Below, in pieces: positions 29,934 to 40,132 of a DNA stretch of 64,000 nucleotides. Location: the NCBI GenBank assembly GCA_002426015.1, contig DINS01000021.1:38513-102512 (forward strand), in the 5' to 3' direction. Both the position numbers and the translations under genes were made by a program. A model generated the notes under the pieces. That model made no database searches. It was not told the origin of the DNA and saw nothing but the letters and a program-made list of their open reading frames with translations. The number at the start of each line of letters is the position of its first letter. Within the stretch, counting starts at the first letter, position 1. Source of the DNA: Flavobacteriaceae bacterium UBA5534. GTDB lineage: Bacteria; Bacteroidota; Bacteroidia; Flavobacteriales; Flavobacteriaceae.

Positions 29934-32589
29934 ATTTGTTAGGAATATCATCTGTTGAAAACCCATACAACTTGCCGGCTTCCTCTTCTTTTAACTTTTG
30001 AACTAGTTCCAAAGCATCAGGAATGACGTCGCTGCAAATAACAATCAATGAATCCTTTTTTGCGTTTTTGATGGCAAAGGTTGCCGCTTCCTTTTCATTG
30101 GGAATAATAGTGGTTTTCTTATTTGGATCTTTCATTTTAATACCAGCGTCCAACATATTAATGAGTTCGGTTTCTGTTTTCCCTCTTAAATTCTTGTCTT
30201 GTCGAATGATGATTTCATCAAACATTTCGGCAGCAATACTTCCTATTTCATTAGTATCTTCCTCTCGTCTATCACCAACACCTGCTATAATTCCAATTTT
30301 AATGCTTGCATCAATATTTTCAATAAATTTTTGCAAAGCTCGCATTCCTGCTGGATTATGTGCATAATCTAACAATACCTGAAAATCTTTGAACTGAAAC
30401 AGATTTAATCGACCAGGTGTTTGTGCTGGAGACGGAATAAAGGTTTCTAATCCAATCTTGATTTCGTCAATGGTAAATCCTCTCACATAGGCTGTAATGA
30501 CTGCTGGCAAGACATTCTGGATCATAAAGGTTGCACGTCCACCATAAGTTAGTGGTACATTAACGGCTTTAATGACTCGTAACTTCCACTCGCCTCGACA
30601 GATTGTGATGTATCCATTTTCATAAACAGCCGAAATACCTCCTAATTTTTGCATTGCTTTGATACGCGGATTATGTTCATCCATAGAAAACAAAGCCACG
30701 TTGCAATTAACGGTTCGTCTCATTTCATATACCAAATCGTCATCTGCATTTAAAATGGCATAACCATCTGGTAATACGGTTTCGGGAATGACGCCTTTTA
30801 CTTTGGCAAGCTGCTCAATGGTATGAATTCCTTTTAAGCCTAAATGGTCAGCAGCAACGTTGGTCACGATGCCAATATCACATTTATGAAACCCAAGTCC
30901 TGCTCGCAACAAACCACCACGAGCACACTCTAAAACTGCAAAATCGACAGTTGGGTCTTTCAACACAAATTCGGCACTTGCTGGACCTGTACAATCGCCT
31001 TTCATCAATAATCGGTTTTGGATATAGACACCGTCACTTGTTGTATAGCCTACTTTATAGCCTTTCATTTTTGCCAAATGTGCAATAAGTCGAGTGGTGG
31101 TTGTTTTTCCATTGGTCCCTGTGGTGGCAACAATAGGGATTCGACTTGTAGAACCTTGTGGGAATAACTTATCAATCACATGGGCTGCAACATTGCGAGG
31201 TAATCCACTAGTTGGTGCTAGGTGCATCCTAAAACCTGGCCCTGCATTCACTTCGAGAACAGCGCCTCCTGTGTCTTCCAATGGTTGACTAATATCTGTA
31301 GTCATCACATCGATACCACAAATATCCAAGTCAATGATTTTTGAGATGCGCTCTGCCATAAACACATTGGCTGGATGCACAATATCAGTTACGTCTTCGG
31401 CAGTTCCACCTGTGCTTAAGTTTGCAGTGTCTTTTAACAATAAACGCTCGTCTTTTTTAAGAACGAAATCCAACGTGTATCCATTTGCCTTGATGATGCT
31501 CAATGTCAAATCGTTTACTGTGATTTGTGTCAGGACATTTTCGTGCCCATAACCACGTCTTGGGTCTTTGTTGACCTCATCTATCAATTGTTGAATCGTG
31601 GATTTTCCATCACCAATAACATGTGCTGGCGTACGCACAGCTGCAGCCACCAATTTGTGATTGATGACCAACAAACGATAATCATCTCCAGTAATGTATT
31701 TTTCGATGATGATAGCGCCACTTTTAGAGCTTTCTTTGGCGCTTCTAAAGGCTACCAAAGCATCTTCATAGTTTTTGATGTTCACGGTAATCCCTCTTCC
31801 ATGGTTGCCATCAACGGGTTTTACTACCAATGGAAAACCTACATAACGACAGGCTTCTTCAAGACTGCTTTCTCGTCTGATGATATCGCCTCTTGGTGTT
31901 TGCACTTCGGCTTGTTCCAATAAATATTTGGTATCTTCTTTATCACAAGCCAATTCCACACCAATACTACTTGTTTCGCTAGTTACAGTAGCTTGAATAC
32001 GTTTTTGGTTGGCTCCATAACCTAATTGACATAACGAATATTTATTTAAACGTATCCAAGGAATGCCACGTGCTGCTGCTTCCTCTACTATAGAACCAGT
32101 ACTTGGACCAAGACGTTCTTCCTCGCGCAATTCACGCATTTTCTGGATATCGTCGGTTAAATCATAATCCTTTCCATCAATCAATGCTTGACATATTTCT
32201 ACCGAAACTTTTGCAGCATAACGCCCTACAGATTCTTCCATATAAGCAAAAACCACATTGTAAACACCTTTTTCACCATAACCTCGTGTGCGTCCAAAAC
32301 CGACATCCATTCCTGCCAATGTCTGGATCTCGAGTGCAATATGTTCAATGATGTGCCCCATCCAGGTGCCTTCTTCGACACGTTGGAAAAAACCTCCTGG
32401 AGTTCCAACCGAACAACGATGTTCATACATTGTAGGAAACATTTTTTCAAGTCGCTCTTTAAATCCTTTTATTTTATCAGATGGTCTTTCTTCCATTTCT
32501 TCAAGGTCGAGCACCATAACAATCAGTTTATGTCTTCTTACTGACCAATAATTGGGGCCTCTCATGGCATTTATCTCACGTATTCTCAT
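29932..32589 (-). CDS. cphA: cyanophycin synthetase
   Basis: 885 aa. Characteristic N-terminus MRIREINAMRGPNYWS, a central ATP-grasp domain, and a C-terminal Mur-ligase-like domain (TGTNGKTTT). Confidence 0.92.
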   Translation of the reverse strand: MRIREINAMRGPNYWSVRRHKLIVMVLDLEEMEERPSDKIKGFKERLEKMFPTMYEHRCSVGTPGGFFQRVEEGTWMGHIIEHIALEIQTLAGMDVGFGRTRGYGEKGVYNVVFAYMEESVGRYAAKVSVEICQALIDGKDYDLTDDIQKMRELREEERLGPSTGSIVEEAAARGIPWIRLNKYSLCQLGYGANQKRIQATVTSETSSIGVELACDKEDTKYLLEQAEVQTPRGDIIRRESSLEEACRYVGFPLVVKPVDGNHGRGITVNIKNYEDALVAFRSAKESSKSGAIIIEKYITGDDYRLLVINHKLVAAAVRTPAHVIGDGKSTIQQLIDEVNKDPRRGYGHENVLTQITVNDLTLSIIKANGYTLDFVLKKDERLLLKDTANLSTGGTAEDVTDIVHPANVFMAERISKIIDLDICGIDVMTTDISQPLEDTGGAVLEVNAGPGFRMHLAPTSGLPRNVAAHVIDKLFPQGSTSRIPIVATTGTNGKTTTTRLIAHLAKMKGYKVGYTTSDGVYIQNRLLMKGDCTGPASAEFVLKDPTVDFAVLECARGGLLRAGLGFHKCDIGIVTNVAADHLGLKGIHTIEQLAKVKGVIPETVLPDGYAILNADDDLVYEMRRTVNCNVALFSMDEHNPRIKAMQKLGGISAVYENGYITICRGEWKLRVIKAVNVPLTYGGRATFMIQNVLPAVITAYVRGFTIDEIKIGLETFIPSPAQTPGRLNLFQFKDFQVLLDYAHNPAGMRALQKFIENIDASIKIGIIAGVGDRREEDTNEIGSIAAEMFDEIIIRQDKNLRGKTETELINMLDAGIKMKDPNKKTTIIPNEKEAATFAIKNAKKDSLIVICSDVIPDALELVQKLKEEEAGKLYGFSTDDIPNK

Positions 32590-32659
32590 AAAAAATTAGG
32601 ATTTTGTTGGTTTGATTGAATAATCATAAATATAGAATTTTTTTGTAATTAATTAAGTT

Positions 32660-32667
32660 TATTTTTG
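32660..32667 (+). promoter_or_regulatory. -7 box TATTTTTG upstream of cphB
   Basis: Perfect TAnnTTTG 26 nt upstream of the ATG at 32694. Confidence 0.4.
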
Positions 32668-32693
32668 CAAATTGCTAATTCTAATTGATAAGA

Positions 32694-33554
32694 ATGACGA
32701 TTAAAGGAATATTGATTCCCATAGGTGGAAATGAAGATAAAGGATTTGAAGATGATGAAATCCACAGACTTGATTATATAGAAGAAGGTATCTTATCGCA
32801 TGTGGTAAATGCTGCTGGAGGTGTAAATGCCAAAATTGTTGTAATCCCAACAGCATCTAGTATTCCTGTTGAAGTAGGCGAAAATTATTTGACTGCATTT
32901 TCAACGTTAGGATGCAAAAACGTTGACGTATTAAACATCAAATCAAAAAAAGATTCTGAAAAACCTGAAGCCATTGCACTTATAAAAAATGCAGATTGCA
33001 TCATGTTCTCTGGAGGTGATCAATCTAAAATTTCAAAGTATATTGGCAATACAACAATACATAAGGTTTTGTCAGAAAGATATATAAACGATGCTAATTT
33101 TGTGATTGCTGGAACAAGTGCAGGAGCTATGGCCATGGCAAACGAAATGATTGCTGGAGGCAGTAGTGCAAAAGCGTTTGTAAAAGGAGCTGTTATTATG
33201 AGAAAAGGATTGGGACTGTCACCAAAAGTCATTATTGATACGCATTTTATTCAGAGAGGTCGTTTTGGCCGTCTATCGGAAGCTGTCGCAAAATTTCCAA
33301 ATTTACTTGGCATTGGATTAGCAGAAGATACAGGTTTAATGATAAAAAACGGAAACGATTGCACCGTTATTGGCTCTGGAATGGCCATTGTTTTTGATGG
33401 GAGTCATCTGACCCATAATAATGAAAAAATATTGCAAAAAGGAACACCAATGACCATGACCAATCTTAAGGTTCATGTATTGGCAAATGGAGATCATTTT
33501 AATATTGATGATCGCCAAATAAAAGTTCTTCCAATAGAATCGCCTTTTGTCTAA
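32694..33554 (+). CDS. cphB: cyanophycinase (peptidase S51)
   Basis: Nucleophile motif GTSAGAMAM. Divergent from cphA. The ATG at 32694 is preferred over the track's TTG at 32685. Confidence 0.88.
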   Translation: MTIKGILIPIGGNEDKGFEDDEIHRLDYIEEGILSHVVNAAGGVNAKIVVIPTASSIPVEVGENYLTAFSTLGCKNVDVLNIKSKKDSEKPEAIALIKNADCIMFSGGDQSKISKYIGNTTIHKVLSERYINDANFVIAGTSAGAMAMANEMIAGGSSAKAFVKGAVIMRKGLGLSPKVIIDTHFIQRGRFGRLSEAVAKFPNLLGIGLAEDTGLMIKNGNDCTVIGSGMAIVFDGSHLTHNNEKILQKGTPMTMTNLKVHVLANGDHFNIDDRQIKVLPIESPFV

Positions 33555-33608
33555 TTTTTTAGGAAAAGTACTTTTTTTCGAATACTTTCATTTCAATTAT
33601 TCAAACTT

Positions 33609-33950
33609 ATGAGAGTTAGATTTTATATAGGCATCTTATTCCTTTCTATACAACTTGCGAGCATAGTTTATGCACGTTTTATACCTGAACGGTTTTTTTG
33701 CTGGGCACCTTATGATAGCCATACGTTATTTGAGGTTTTTGTAACTATTGATGGTAAAACACTCTCACAACAAGAAACAGAAAAACGTTACGGTTATAAA
33801 ATGAAAGGTTGGGAACAACGGTCAATCGATAATATTTTTTCTCTCATAAGGCAATATGAAAGAACCTATGGCAAAAATGATCGTGCAGAAGTAAAAGTAA
33901 TCTATTCAACTAATGGACATCCTGAAAAAGAATGGAAACTAACACGGTAA
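33609..33950 (+). CDS. hypothetical single-pass membrane protein
   Basis: 113 aa with one N-terminal TM helix. 19-nt overlap with the next gene suggests co-translation. Confidence 0.4.
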   Translation: MRVRFYIGILFLSIQLASIVYARFIPERFFCWAPYDSHTLFEVFVTIDGKTLSQQETEKRYGYKMKGWEQRSIDNIFSLIRQYERTYGKNDRAEVKVIYSTNGHPEKEWKLTR

Positions 33951-35062
33951 TTCAACAATCATCTTTCTGGAAACGACCTTTACAATTTGAAGGTACGCCT
34001 TTGTTACCAAATGTTTTGTTGATGTGCAAATTAATTGTACTGCTCTTGTTGGCTCACCATATTTTTGCTAAAATCGAAGACCCTTTTATTCCGTTTATTC
34101 CAGCTTTAGATATTTTTCATACTATCCCAAACCTATTCAAACTGGTTTTAAGGAGCTTACTTGTCATTTCGGTTACCACACTTTTTTTTAATTTTTATGT
34201 CAGGACATCTGTCATTGTAATAGGCAGCATCGTTATCTTAAGTATTTTAGCTTCAAAACCAGATTTTTATAATCATACTTTTATTTGTGGTTGTGCCTTG
34301 TTCCTATCAGGATTGACAAATAACAAACAGCCTCCATATTTGCTTTTTTTACAATTGGGGCTTGTGTATTTTGGCGCCTCAATTAATAAAATTTTTGATG
34401 CCGATTGGTGGTCAGGAGCCTTTATGCATAATTGGTTGGCTGTAGCTAGAGAAAATCCTTTTTATTTACTCGTTTCAAAATGGTTTCCACATCTTTGGTT
34501 TGCAAAATTTTTATCTTGGACTGCCATTTCTACAGAATTTATCATTGCTTTTATGGTTATAAGCAAAAAGTATAGAAACTTTGGTATTTGGTTTATTATC
34601 ATTTTTCATACGATTTTATTCACAATGACATCTTTTCGATATGGTCATTTTATTGAATCGTTAGCGTTGATATTATTGGCTTTTTTGGCTTGGCCAAAAG
34701 GCAACATGCTTGTAGAGCATAAACCCAATGCTTATCATCTATTTAGAAAAATAATGCGCTTGATGGATTGGGACAATAAAATTATTTGGAAAGAAAAGAA
34801 GTTTGAAGATAATTCATTTATAGAATTAACAACTCAAACAAAAAAAGTAACCAATGATGTTGCTATAAAAAATATCATTTTATATACTCCTGCTTTTTAT
34901 ATCATTCTTGTGGTTTCAGATATGGTGTTATATGTCATTTTATACAATCATAGAACAACTCTATTTGTATTAAATGCAATCACGATATGGGCTTTAATTA
35001 TTTACTTTTTACCAATTAATTGGTCAAACTATTTTAATAAAAAGAAGACTACTTATAAATAG
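33932..35062 (+). CDS. hypothetical polytopic membrane protein (weak HTTM-like layout with a DUF393-like tail that lacks CxxC)
   Basis: 376 aa with about 8 TM helices. The family resemblance is my recollection only, so confidence in it is low. Confidence 0.45.
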   Translation: METNTVIQQSSFWKRPLQFEGTPLLPNVLLMCKLIVLLLLAHHIFAKIEDPFIPFIPALDIFHTIPNLFKLVLRSLLVISVTTLFFNFYVRTSVIVIGSIVILSILASKPDFYNHTFICGCALFLSGLTNNKQPPYLLFLQLGLVYFGASINKIFDADWWSGAFMHNWLAVARENPFYLLVSKWFPHLWFAKFLSWTAISTEFIIAFMVISKKYRNFGIWFIIIFHTILFTMTSFRYGHFIESLALILLAFLAWPKGNMLVEHKPNAYHLFRKIMRLMDWDNKIIWKEKKFEDNSFIELTTQTKKVTNDVAIKNIILYTPAFYIILVVSDMVLYVILYNHRTTLFVLNAITIWALIIYFLPINWSNYFNKKKTTYK

Positions 35063-35987
35063 CAATCGTTTCTTTCCCTTGCGAGGTTTTAAAAGCGCGA
35101 TACATCCCTTCGGTATTGAATGGCATAGCGATGTTTCCTTTTGCGTCAATTGCAATCAATCCACCATCTCCTTGTATTTTAAGGATTCTTTTATTTATAA
35201 CTTCGTTTGACGCTTCCTCAACAGACATCCCTTTGTGCTCCATTAAACAGGACACATCATAAGCTACAACACCTCTAATAAAATATTCGCCACTTCCTGT
35301 ACAACTTACAGCACAGGTTTTATTGTTTGCATAAGTACCAGCGCCAATCATTGGGCTATCACCAACGCGTCCCCATTTCTTGTTAGTCATTCCTCCTGTC
35401 GATGTTGCCGCCGCAATATTCCCTTTTTGGTCGCAAGCAACTGCTCCCACAGTTCCAAATTTGCCATCCTTTTTTGCACTATGATCCAATTGAAAATTGT
35501 CACTGTCTTTTATATCTTGCCATTGTTGGTATCGTAAATTATCATAAAAATACTCTGGTGTTTCAATGGTGTGACCATTACTTTTAGCAAACTTCATAGC
35601 ACCTTCACCAGCCAAAAAAACATGATAACTTTTATCCATGATATCGCGAGCTAATGACACAGGGTTTTTAATTCCGGTCACTAAAGAGACTGCACCAGCT
35701 TTAAGATTTTCACCGTCCATAATTGCAGCATCCATTTCGTGTGTACCTTCGGCTGTAAATACCGAGCCTTTCCCAGCATTAAATAGTGGAGAATCTTCCA
35801 ATAATTTGACTGCAACCTCAACTGCATCAACTGCGCTTCCACCTTTTTCTAAAACAGTATAACCTTGCGATAATGCATTTTGTAAAGCAGCTTTGTATTG
35901 AGTTTCCAGTTGTTCAGTCATCAAACCTTTTACGAGTGTTCCAGCACCTCCGTGAATGGCAATTGAAAAATTATTCATTAGTATCAT
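35049..35987 (-). CDS. iaaA: isoaspartyl peptidase / L-asparaginase (Ntn hydrolase)
   Basis: 312 aa. HGGAG near the N-terminus and autoprocessing Thr in FGTVGAVA. Confidence 0.88.
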   Translation of the reverse strand: MILMNNFSIAIHGGAGTLVKGLMTEQLETQYKAALQNALSQGYTVLEKGGSAVDAVEVAVKLLEDSPLFNAGKGSVFTAEGTHEMDAAIMDGENLKAGAVSLVTGIKNPVSLARDIMDKSYHVFLAGEGAMKFAKSNGHTIETPEYFYDNLRYQQWQDIKDSDNFQLDHSAKKDGKFGTVGAVACDQKGNIAAATSTGGMTNKKWGRVGDSPMIGAGTYANNKTCAVSCTGSGEYFIRGVVAYDVSCLMEHKGMSVEEASNEVINKRILKIQGDGGLIAIDAKGNIAMPFNTEGMYRAFKTSQGKETIAIYK

Positions 35988-36079
35988 TATTTATGGGCGA
36001 AAATTACAAATTGCATTTCATTTAATTTCAATTCGACCCATAAGTTTTGTAGTTTTATGGTCTTCAATACAAAAACACA

Positions 36080-38917
36080 ATGTCAGACCAAAAACGACTT
36101 TTTTTAGTAGATGCTTATGCATTGATTTTTCGTGGCTACTATGCCTTTATAAAAAACCCTAGAATTAATTCTAAGGGACTTGATACTTCAGCCATATTAG
36201 GTTTTACCAACTCATTGTTAGATGTCATAAAACGTGAACGCCCAGATCATTTAGCGGTTTGTTTTGATAAAGGCGGAAGTGTCGACCGAGTTGAAATGTT
36301 TGATGCATACAAAGCCAACAGAGATGCAACACCAGAAGCTATTAAGATTGCTGTGCCTTACATAGAACAGATTTTAAGAGCCATGCACATCCCTATTATG
36401 GTCAAAGATGGTTTTGAAGCTGACGATGTTATTGGGACACTTTCTAAACAAGCTGAAAAAGAAGGCTATAAAACTTTTATGGTGACACCAGATAAGGATT
36501 TTGCACAATTGGTAAGCGAAAACATATTTATGTACCGACCAGTTTTTGGTGGCGGATACGAAACTTGGGGTATTGAAGAAGTAAAAGCAAAATTTGAAGT
36601 TGAAGACCCATTGCAGGTCATTGACTTTTTAGGCATGATGGGAGATTCATCCGACAATATTCCTGGACTGCCTGGTGTTGGTGAAAAAACAGCCAAAAAG
36701 TTTATTGCGCAATATGGAAGTATGGAAAACCTTTTGGCTAATACACACGAGCTAAAAGGAAAAATGAAAGAAAACATAGAAGCCAATAAAGAACTGGGAT
36801 TGCTCTCAAAAAAATTGGCAACAATCATGCTCGATGTTCCTGTGGATTTTGATGCTAAAGATTTTGAAATGTCAGAGCCCAATATTGAAGAGGTTACCAA
36901 TATTTTTCAGGAGTTAGAGTTTAGACAACTACTCACAAACTTTCAGAAAACATTTTCAGCAGAAACCACTACCGAAACACCGCAACCGAATTCCACAGAA
37001 AAACCAAAAGAGGTCAAAAAACCAACATCAGCAGGCGCTGGTCAATTCTCGTTATTTGATGCTCAAGGCAATGAAGAAGCAATTATAACATCTCAAAATG
37101 CCAGAATCACATCAGCAACAAACTCGCATTTTTATCAAAGTGTGGCATCAGGAATGGCCACCAAACTATTTATACAAAACCTGATGAAACAAACCAGTGT
37201 GTGTTTTGATACCGAAACCACTGGCATTGACCCAATAACTGCAGAATTAGTTGGTATTGCTTTTTCTTGGGAAGCTGGAAAAGGCTTCTATTTACCATTC
37301 CCAGAAAATAAAGACGAAGCACAAGAACTTATTGAGCAATTACGTCCGTTTTTTGAAAGTGAAACCATTCAAAAAATAGGTCAGAATTTAAAATACGATA
37401 TTAAGGTTCTTCGAAAATATAATGTAAAAGTAAAAGGCAAACTGTTTGATACCATGTTAGCACATTATCTCATAAATCCAGATATGAGGCATAACATGGA
37501 TGTATTAGCAGAAACTTATCTAAATTATACGCCTATTTCTATAGAAGAATTAATAGGTAAAAAAGGGAAAAATCAGCTTTCAATGAGAGACGTTCCTTTA
37601 GATAAGCAAACTGAATATGCTGTGGAAGATGCAGATATAACACTTCAGCTAAAAGAGCATTTTGAAAAAGAATTAGGCGACGCTAATACTCAAAAATTGT
37701 TTGATGAGATCGAAATTCCACTACTTCGTGTCTTGGCTGATATGGAACTTGAAGGAATTAATCTAGATGAAGATTTTTTAAATTCACTTTCGGAACAATT
37801 GGATAGCGATATCAAAACTTTGGAAGCGAATATTTATAAAGAGGCAGGAGAGGAATTCAATATTGCATCACCTAAACAATTGGGTGATATTTTATTTGAT
37901 AAACTTAAATTGGTCGATAAGCCAAAGAAAACAAAAACAGGACAATATGCGACCTCTGAAGATATTTTGAGTTATTTGGCAAAAGATCATGAGATTATTC
38001 AACATATTTTGGATTATCGAGGTCTTGCAAAACTGAAAAGCACTTATGTTGATGCTTTGCCTACACAAGTAGAGCCATCTACTGGAAGGGTTCATACCGA
38101 TTATATGCAAACCGTTGCCGCAACAGGACGTTTGAGCAGCAATAACCCTAACCTACAAAACATTCCAATCCGTACCGAACGCGGACGCCAGGTAAGAAAA
38201 GCATTTATTCCAAGAGATGAAAATTACATTTTACTAGCGGCAGATTATTCTCAAATAGAGCTACGCATTATTGCCGCTTTGAGCAAGGAAGAAACCATGA
38301 TCAATGCCTTCAAAAAAGGAGAAGATATTCATGCTTCAACAGCTTCAAAAGTATTTAATGTCCCCATAGAGGAAGTTACGCGTGAACAACGTAGCAACGC
38401 CAAAACGGTCAATTTTGGAATCATCTATGGTGTATCTGCCTTCGGATTGAGCAACCAAACCGATTTATCACGTGGCGAGGCCAAAGAGCTAATTGACACC
38501 TATTATGCCACCTATCCTAAATTGCGAAATTTTATCAGCGAACAGGTTGATTTTGCACGCAACAATGGCTATGTACAAACCGTTTTGGGCAGGCGTCGTT
38601 ATTTAAACGACATCAACTCCAGAAACGCAGTTGTGAGGAGTGCTGCCGAACGTAATGCTGTCAATGCACCAATACAAGGAAGTGCGGCAGATATTATTAA
38701 AATTGCGATGATTAACATCCATAAAAAACTGGAAGAAGGCAATTACAAAACCAAAATGTTGTTACAAGTACACGATGAGTTGGTGTTTGATGTTTATAAA
38801 CCAGAATTGGAGCCCATCAAAACCCTCGTTAAAACTGAAATGGAAAACGCCTATATATTGGACGTACCATTAGATGTCGATTTGGGCGTTGGCAATGATT
38901 GGCTAGAGGCACATTAG
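36080..38917 (+). CDS. polA: DNA polymerase I
   Basis: 945 aa. Contains a 5'-3' exonuclease domain, a 3'-5' exonuclease domain (FDTETTG), and polymerase motifs (DYSQIELR, QVHDELVF). Confidence 0.97.
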   Translation: MSDQKRLFLVDAYALIFRGYYAFIKNPRINSKGLDTSAILGFTNSLLDVIKRERPDHLAVCFDKGGSVDRVEMFDAYKANRDATPEAIKIAVPYIEQILRAMHIPIMVKDGFEADDVIGTLSKQAEKEGYKTFMVTPDKDFAQLVSENIFMYRPVFGGGYETWGIEEVKAKFEVEDPLQVIDFLGMMGDSSDNIPGLPGVGEKTAKKFIAQYGSMENLLANTHELKGKMKENIEANKELGLLSKKLATIMLDVPVDFDAKDFEMSEPNIEEVTNIFQELEFRQLLTNFQKTFSAETTTETPQPNSTEKPKEVKKPTSAGAGQFSLFDAQGNEEAIITSQNARITSATNSHFYQSVASGMATKLFIQNLMKQTSVCFDTETTGIDPITAELVGIAFSWEAGKGFYLPFPENKDEAQELIEQLRPFFESETIQKIGQNLKYDIKVLRKYNVKVKGKLFDTMLAHYLINPDMRHNMDVLAETYLNYTPISIEELIGKKGKNQLSMRDVPLDKQTEYAVEDADITLQLKEHFEKELGDANTQKLFDEIEIPLLRVLADMELEGINLDEDFLNSLSEQLDSDIKTLEANIYKEAGEEFNIASPKQLGDILFDKLKLVDKPKKTKTGQYATSEDILSYLAKDHEIIQHILDYRGLAKLKSTYVDALPTQVEPSTGRVHTDYMQTVAATGRLSSNNPNLQNIPIRTERGRQVRKAFIPRDENYILLAADYSQIELRIIAALSKEETMINAFKKGEDIHASTASKVFNVPIEEVTREQRSNAKTVNFGIIYGVSAFGLSNQTDLSRGEAKELIDTYYATYPKLRNFISEQVDFARNNGYVQTVLGRRRYLNDINSRNAVVRSAAERNAVNAPIQGSAADIIKIAMINIHKKLEEGNYKTKMLLQVHDELVFDVYKPELEPIKTLVKTEMENAYILDVPLDVDLGVGNDWLEAH

Positions 38918-38926
38918 ATTAACAAT

Positions 38927-40111
38927 CTACTTTTTAAGAGCATTCATCGTACCCAAACGTTGACCCATAAGTATAGAGATTGAACTAAAAACGTCTTTTT
39001 GGTATAGCATAATATTGAGAGAACCTCCATAAGCAAAGTACCCAAGTTCATCTCCTTTTTTAATAGGTACTGGAACAGATCCTGGAGGGACCATGGTTGA
39101 TTTGTTATTGACAACAGAAGGATGAATGGAGCTTATAGTGTTTAGTCCCACAGGTATTAAAGCAACATAACCATAATCTTTAGTTTCTATAATAAAATAA
39201 GCACGATGAAAGTCTTCAAAAATGCTAAAATCGGTTGTACTCTCACCTATATCACCTTTATTAAACCAATCTTCGCCATCCAAAATTCCGTTATAAATCC
39301 CTGCAACTTCTTGTGACTCTACAATTTTTCCGGTTACTGGTGCATGATAATGATGGTAACTATTTGGCATCAAAACACAAGACACAGCAGTTCCATCAAC
39401 AAAGTATTTGGCATATTTTGAGCCATTCAAGAGGTCATGTACATTGATATGTCTTGTTTTTACTTTTAATGGTGTTGTTAAGGTTAAATCGGACTCAATA
39501 AAATTAATTTCTGTATCACCTGAAGCAACAACGACAGAGTCATCATCTGCACTCGCAATTGGTCTTGGGTCTTTAGATATTTTTAGTTTTCGCGTGAAAA
39601 ATTCATTGAACGATTTGAAGCCTCCTTCTGGAACTACAAAATCGTCAATTTTAGTAGAAGGGTCTTCCATCCATTTCTTAATGTACAGCAATGATTCTGG
39701 TGAATCCATAAAGTTGCCTCGCGCTTTGATAAACTTTACTGACCAATTAAAAATCTCTTTAGAATAAGGTACATTTGAATTTTTTCGACTTTCAAACGTA
39801 TTGAGAAAGTCAAAAGCTTTTTTGTTCTCCAAATAAAAATAAGTAAATGGCATAATCTTACCCAAACCACCTACTGGAGTAGGCAAAAACGTAAACCAGT
39901 TTTCAAAATACGTAACTAAATAATCAATCTTTTTACCTATCCAAGGGTTTGGCTTCCCATTTTGCAACGTAGGTGTTAAATTAGCAATGGCTTCATCAAA
40001 AGCTTTTACGACTTCTGGGTTGCTTACTATCTCTCTTAATTCTTGCATCAGTTGCTTCATTTCAGAATTTAAAGGTGGTTGCAAGTCGGTTAAATCGATG
40101 TCTTGACTCAT
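38927..40111 (-). CDS. long phosphatidylserine-decarboxylase-family (pyruvoyl) enzyme with PSDC/PsiD-like N-terminal domain
   Basis: 394 aa. PSD motifs SYHHYHAPVTG and GDELGYFAYGGS (Gly-Ser self-cleavage site). The N-terminal region of about 180 aa is absent from short housekeeping Psd. Confidence 0.75.
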   Translation of the reverse strand: MSQDIDLTDLQPPLNSEMKQLMQELREIVSNPEVVKAFDEAIANLTPTLQNGKPNPWIGKKIDYLVTYFENWFTFLPTPVGGLGKIMPFTYFYLENKKAFDFLNTFESRKNSNVPYSKEIFNWSVKFIKARGNFMDSPESLLYIKKWMEDPSTKIDDFVVPEGGFKSFNEFFTRKLKISKDPRPIASADDDSVVVASGDTEINFIESDLTLTTPLKVKTRHINVHDLLNGSKYAKYFVDGTAVSCVLMPNSYHHYHAPVTGKIVESQEVAGIYNGILDGEDWFNKGDIGESTTDFSIFEDFHRAYFIIETKDYGYVALIPVGLNTISSIHPSVVNNKSTMVPPGSVPVPIKKGDELGYFAYGGSLNIMLYQKDVFSSISILMGQRLGTMNALKK

Positions 40112-40132
40112 GATCTTATTATTTTGAAAACG

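Noticed and set aside
31525-32551. Several plus-strand ORFs of 82-132 aa overlapping cphA.
   Set aside because: They are antisense to a strongly supported 885-aa CphA reading frame. They have no start context or motifs and are typical shadow ORFs.
35049-35062. 14-nt convergent overlap of the membrane-protein gene and iaaA; also the 9-nt gap between polA and the PSD-like gene (38918-38926).
   Set aside because: Short convergent overlaps or gaps without terminators are common in compact genomes. They are noted in context but are not treated as separate signals.
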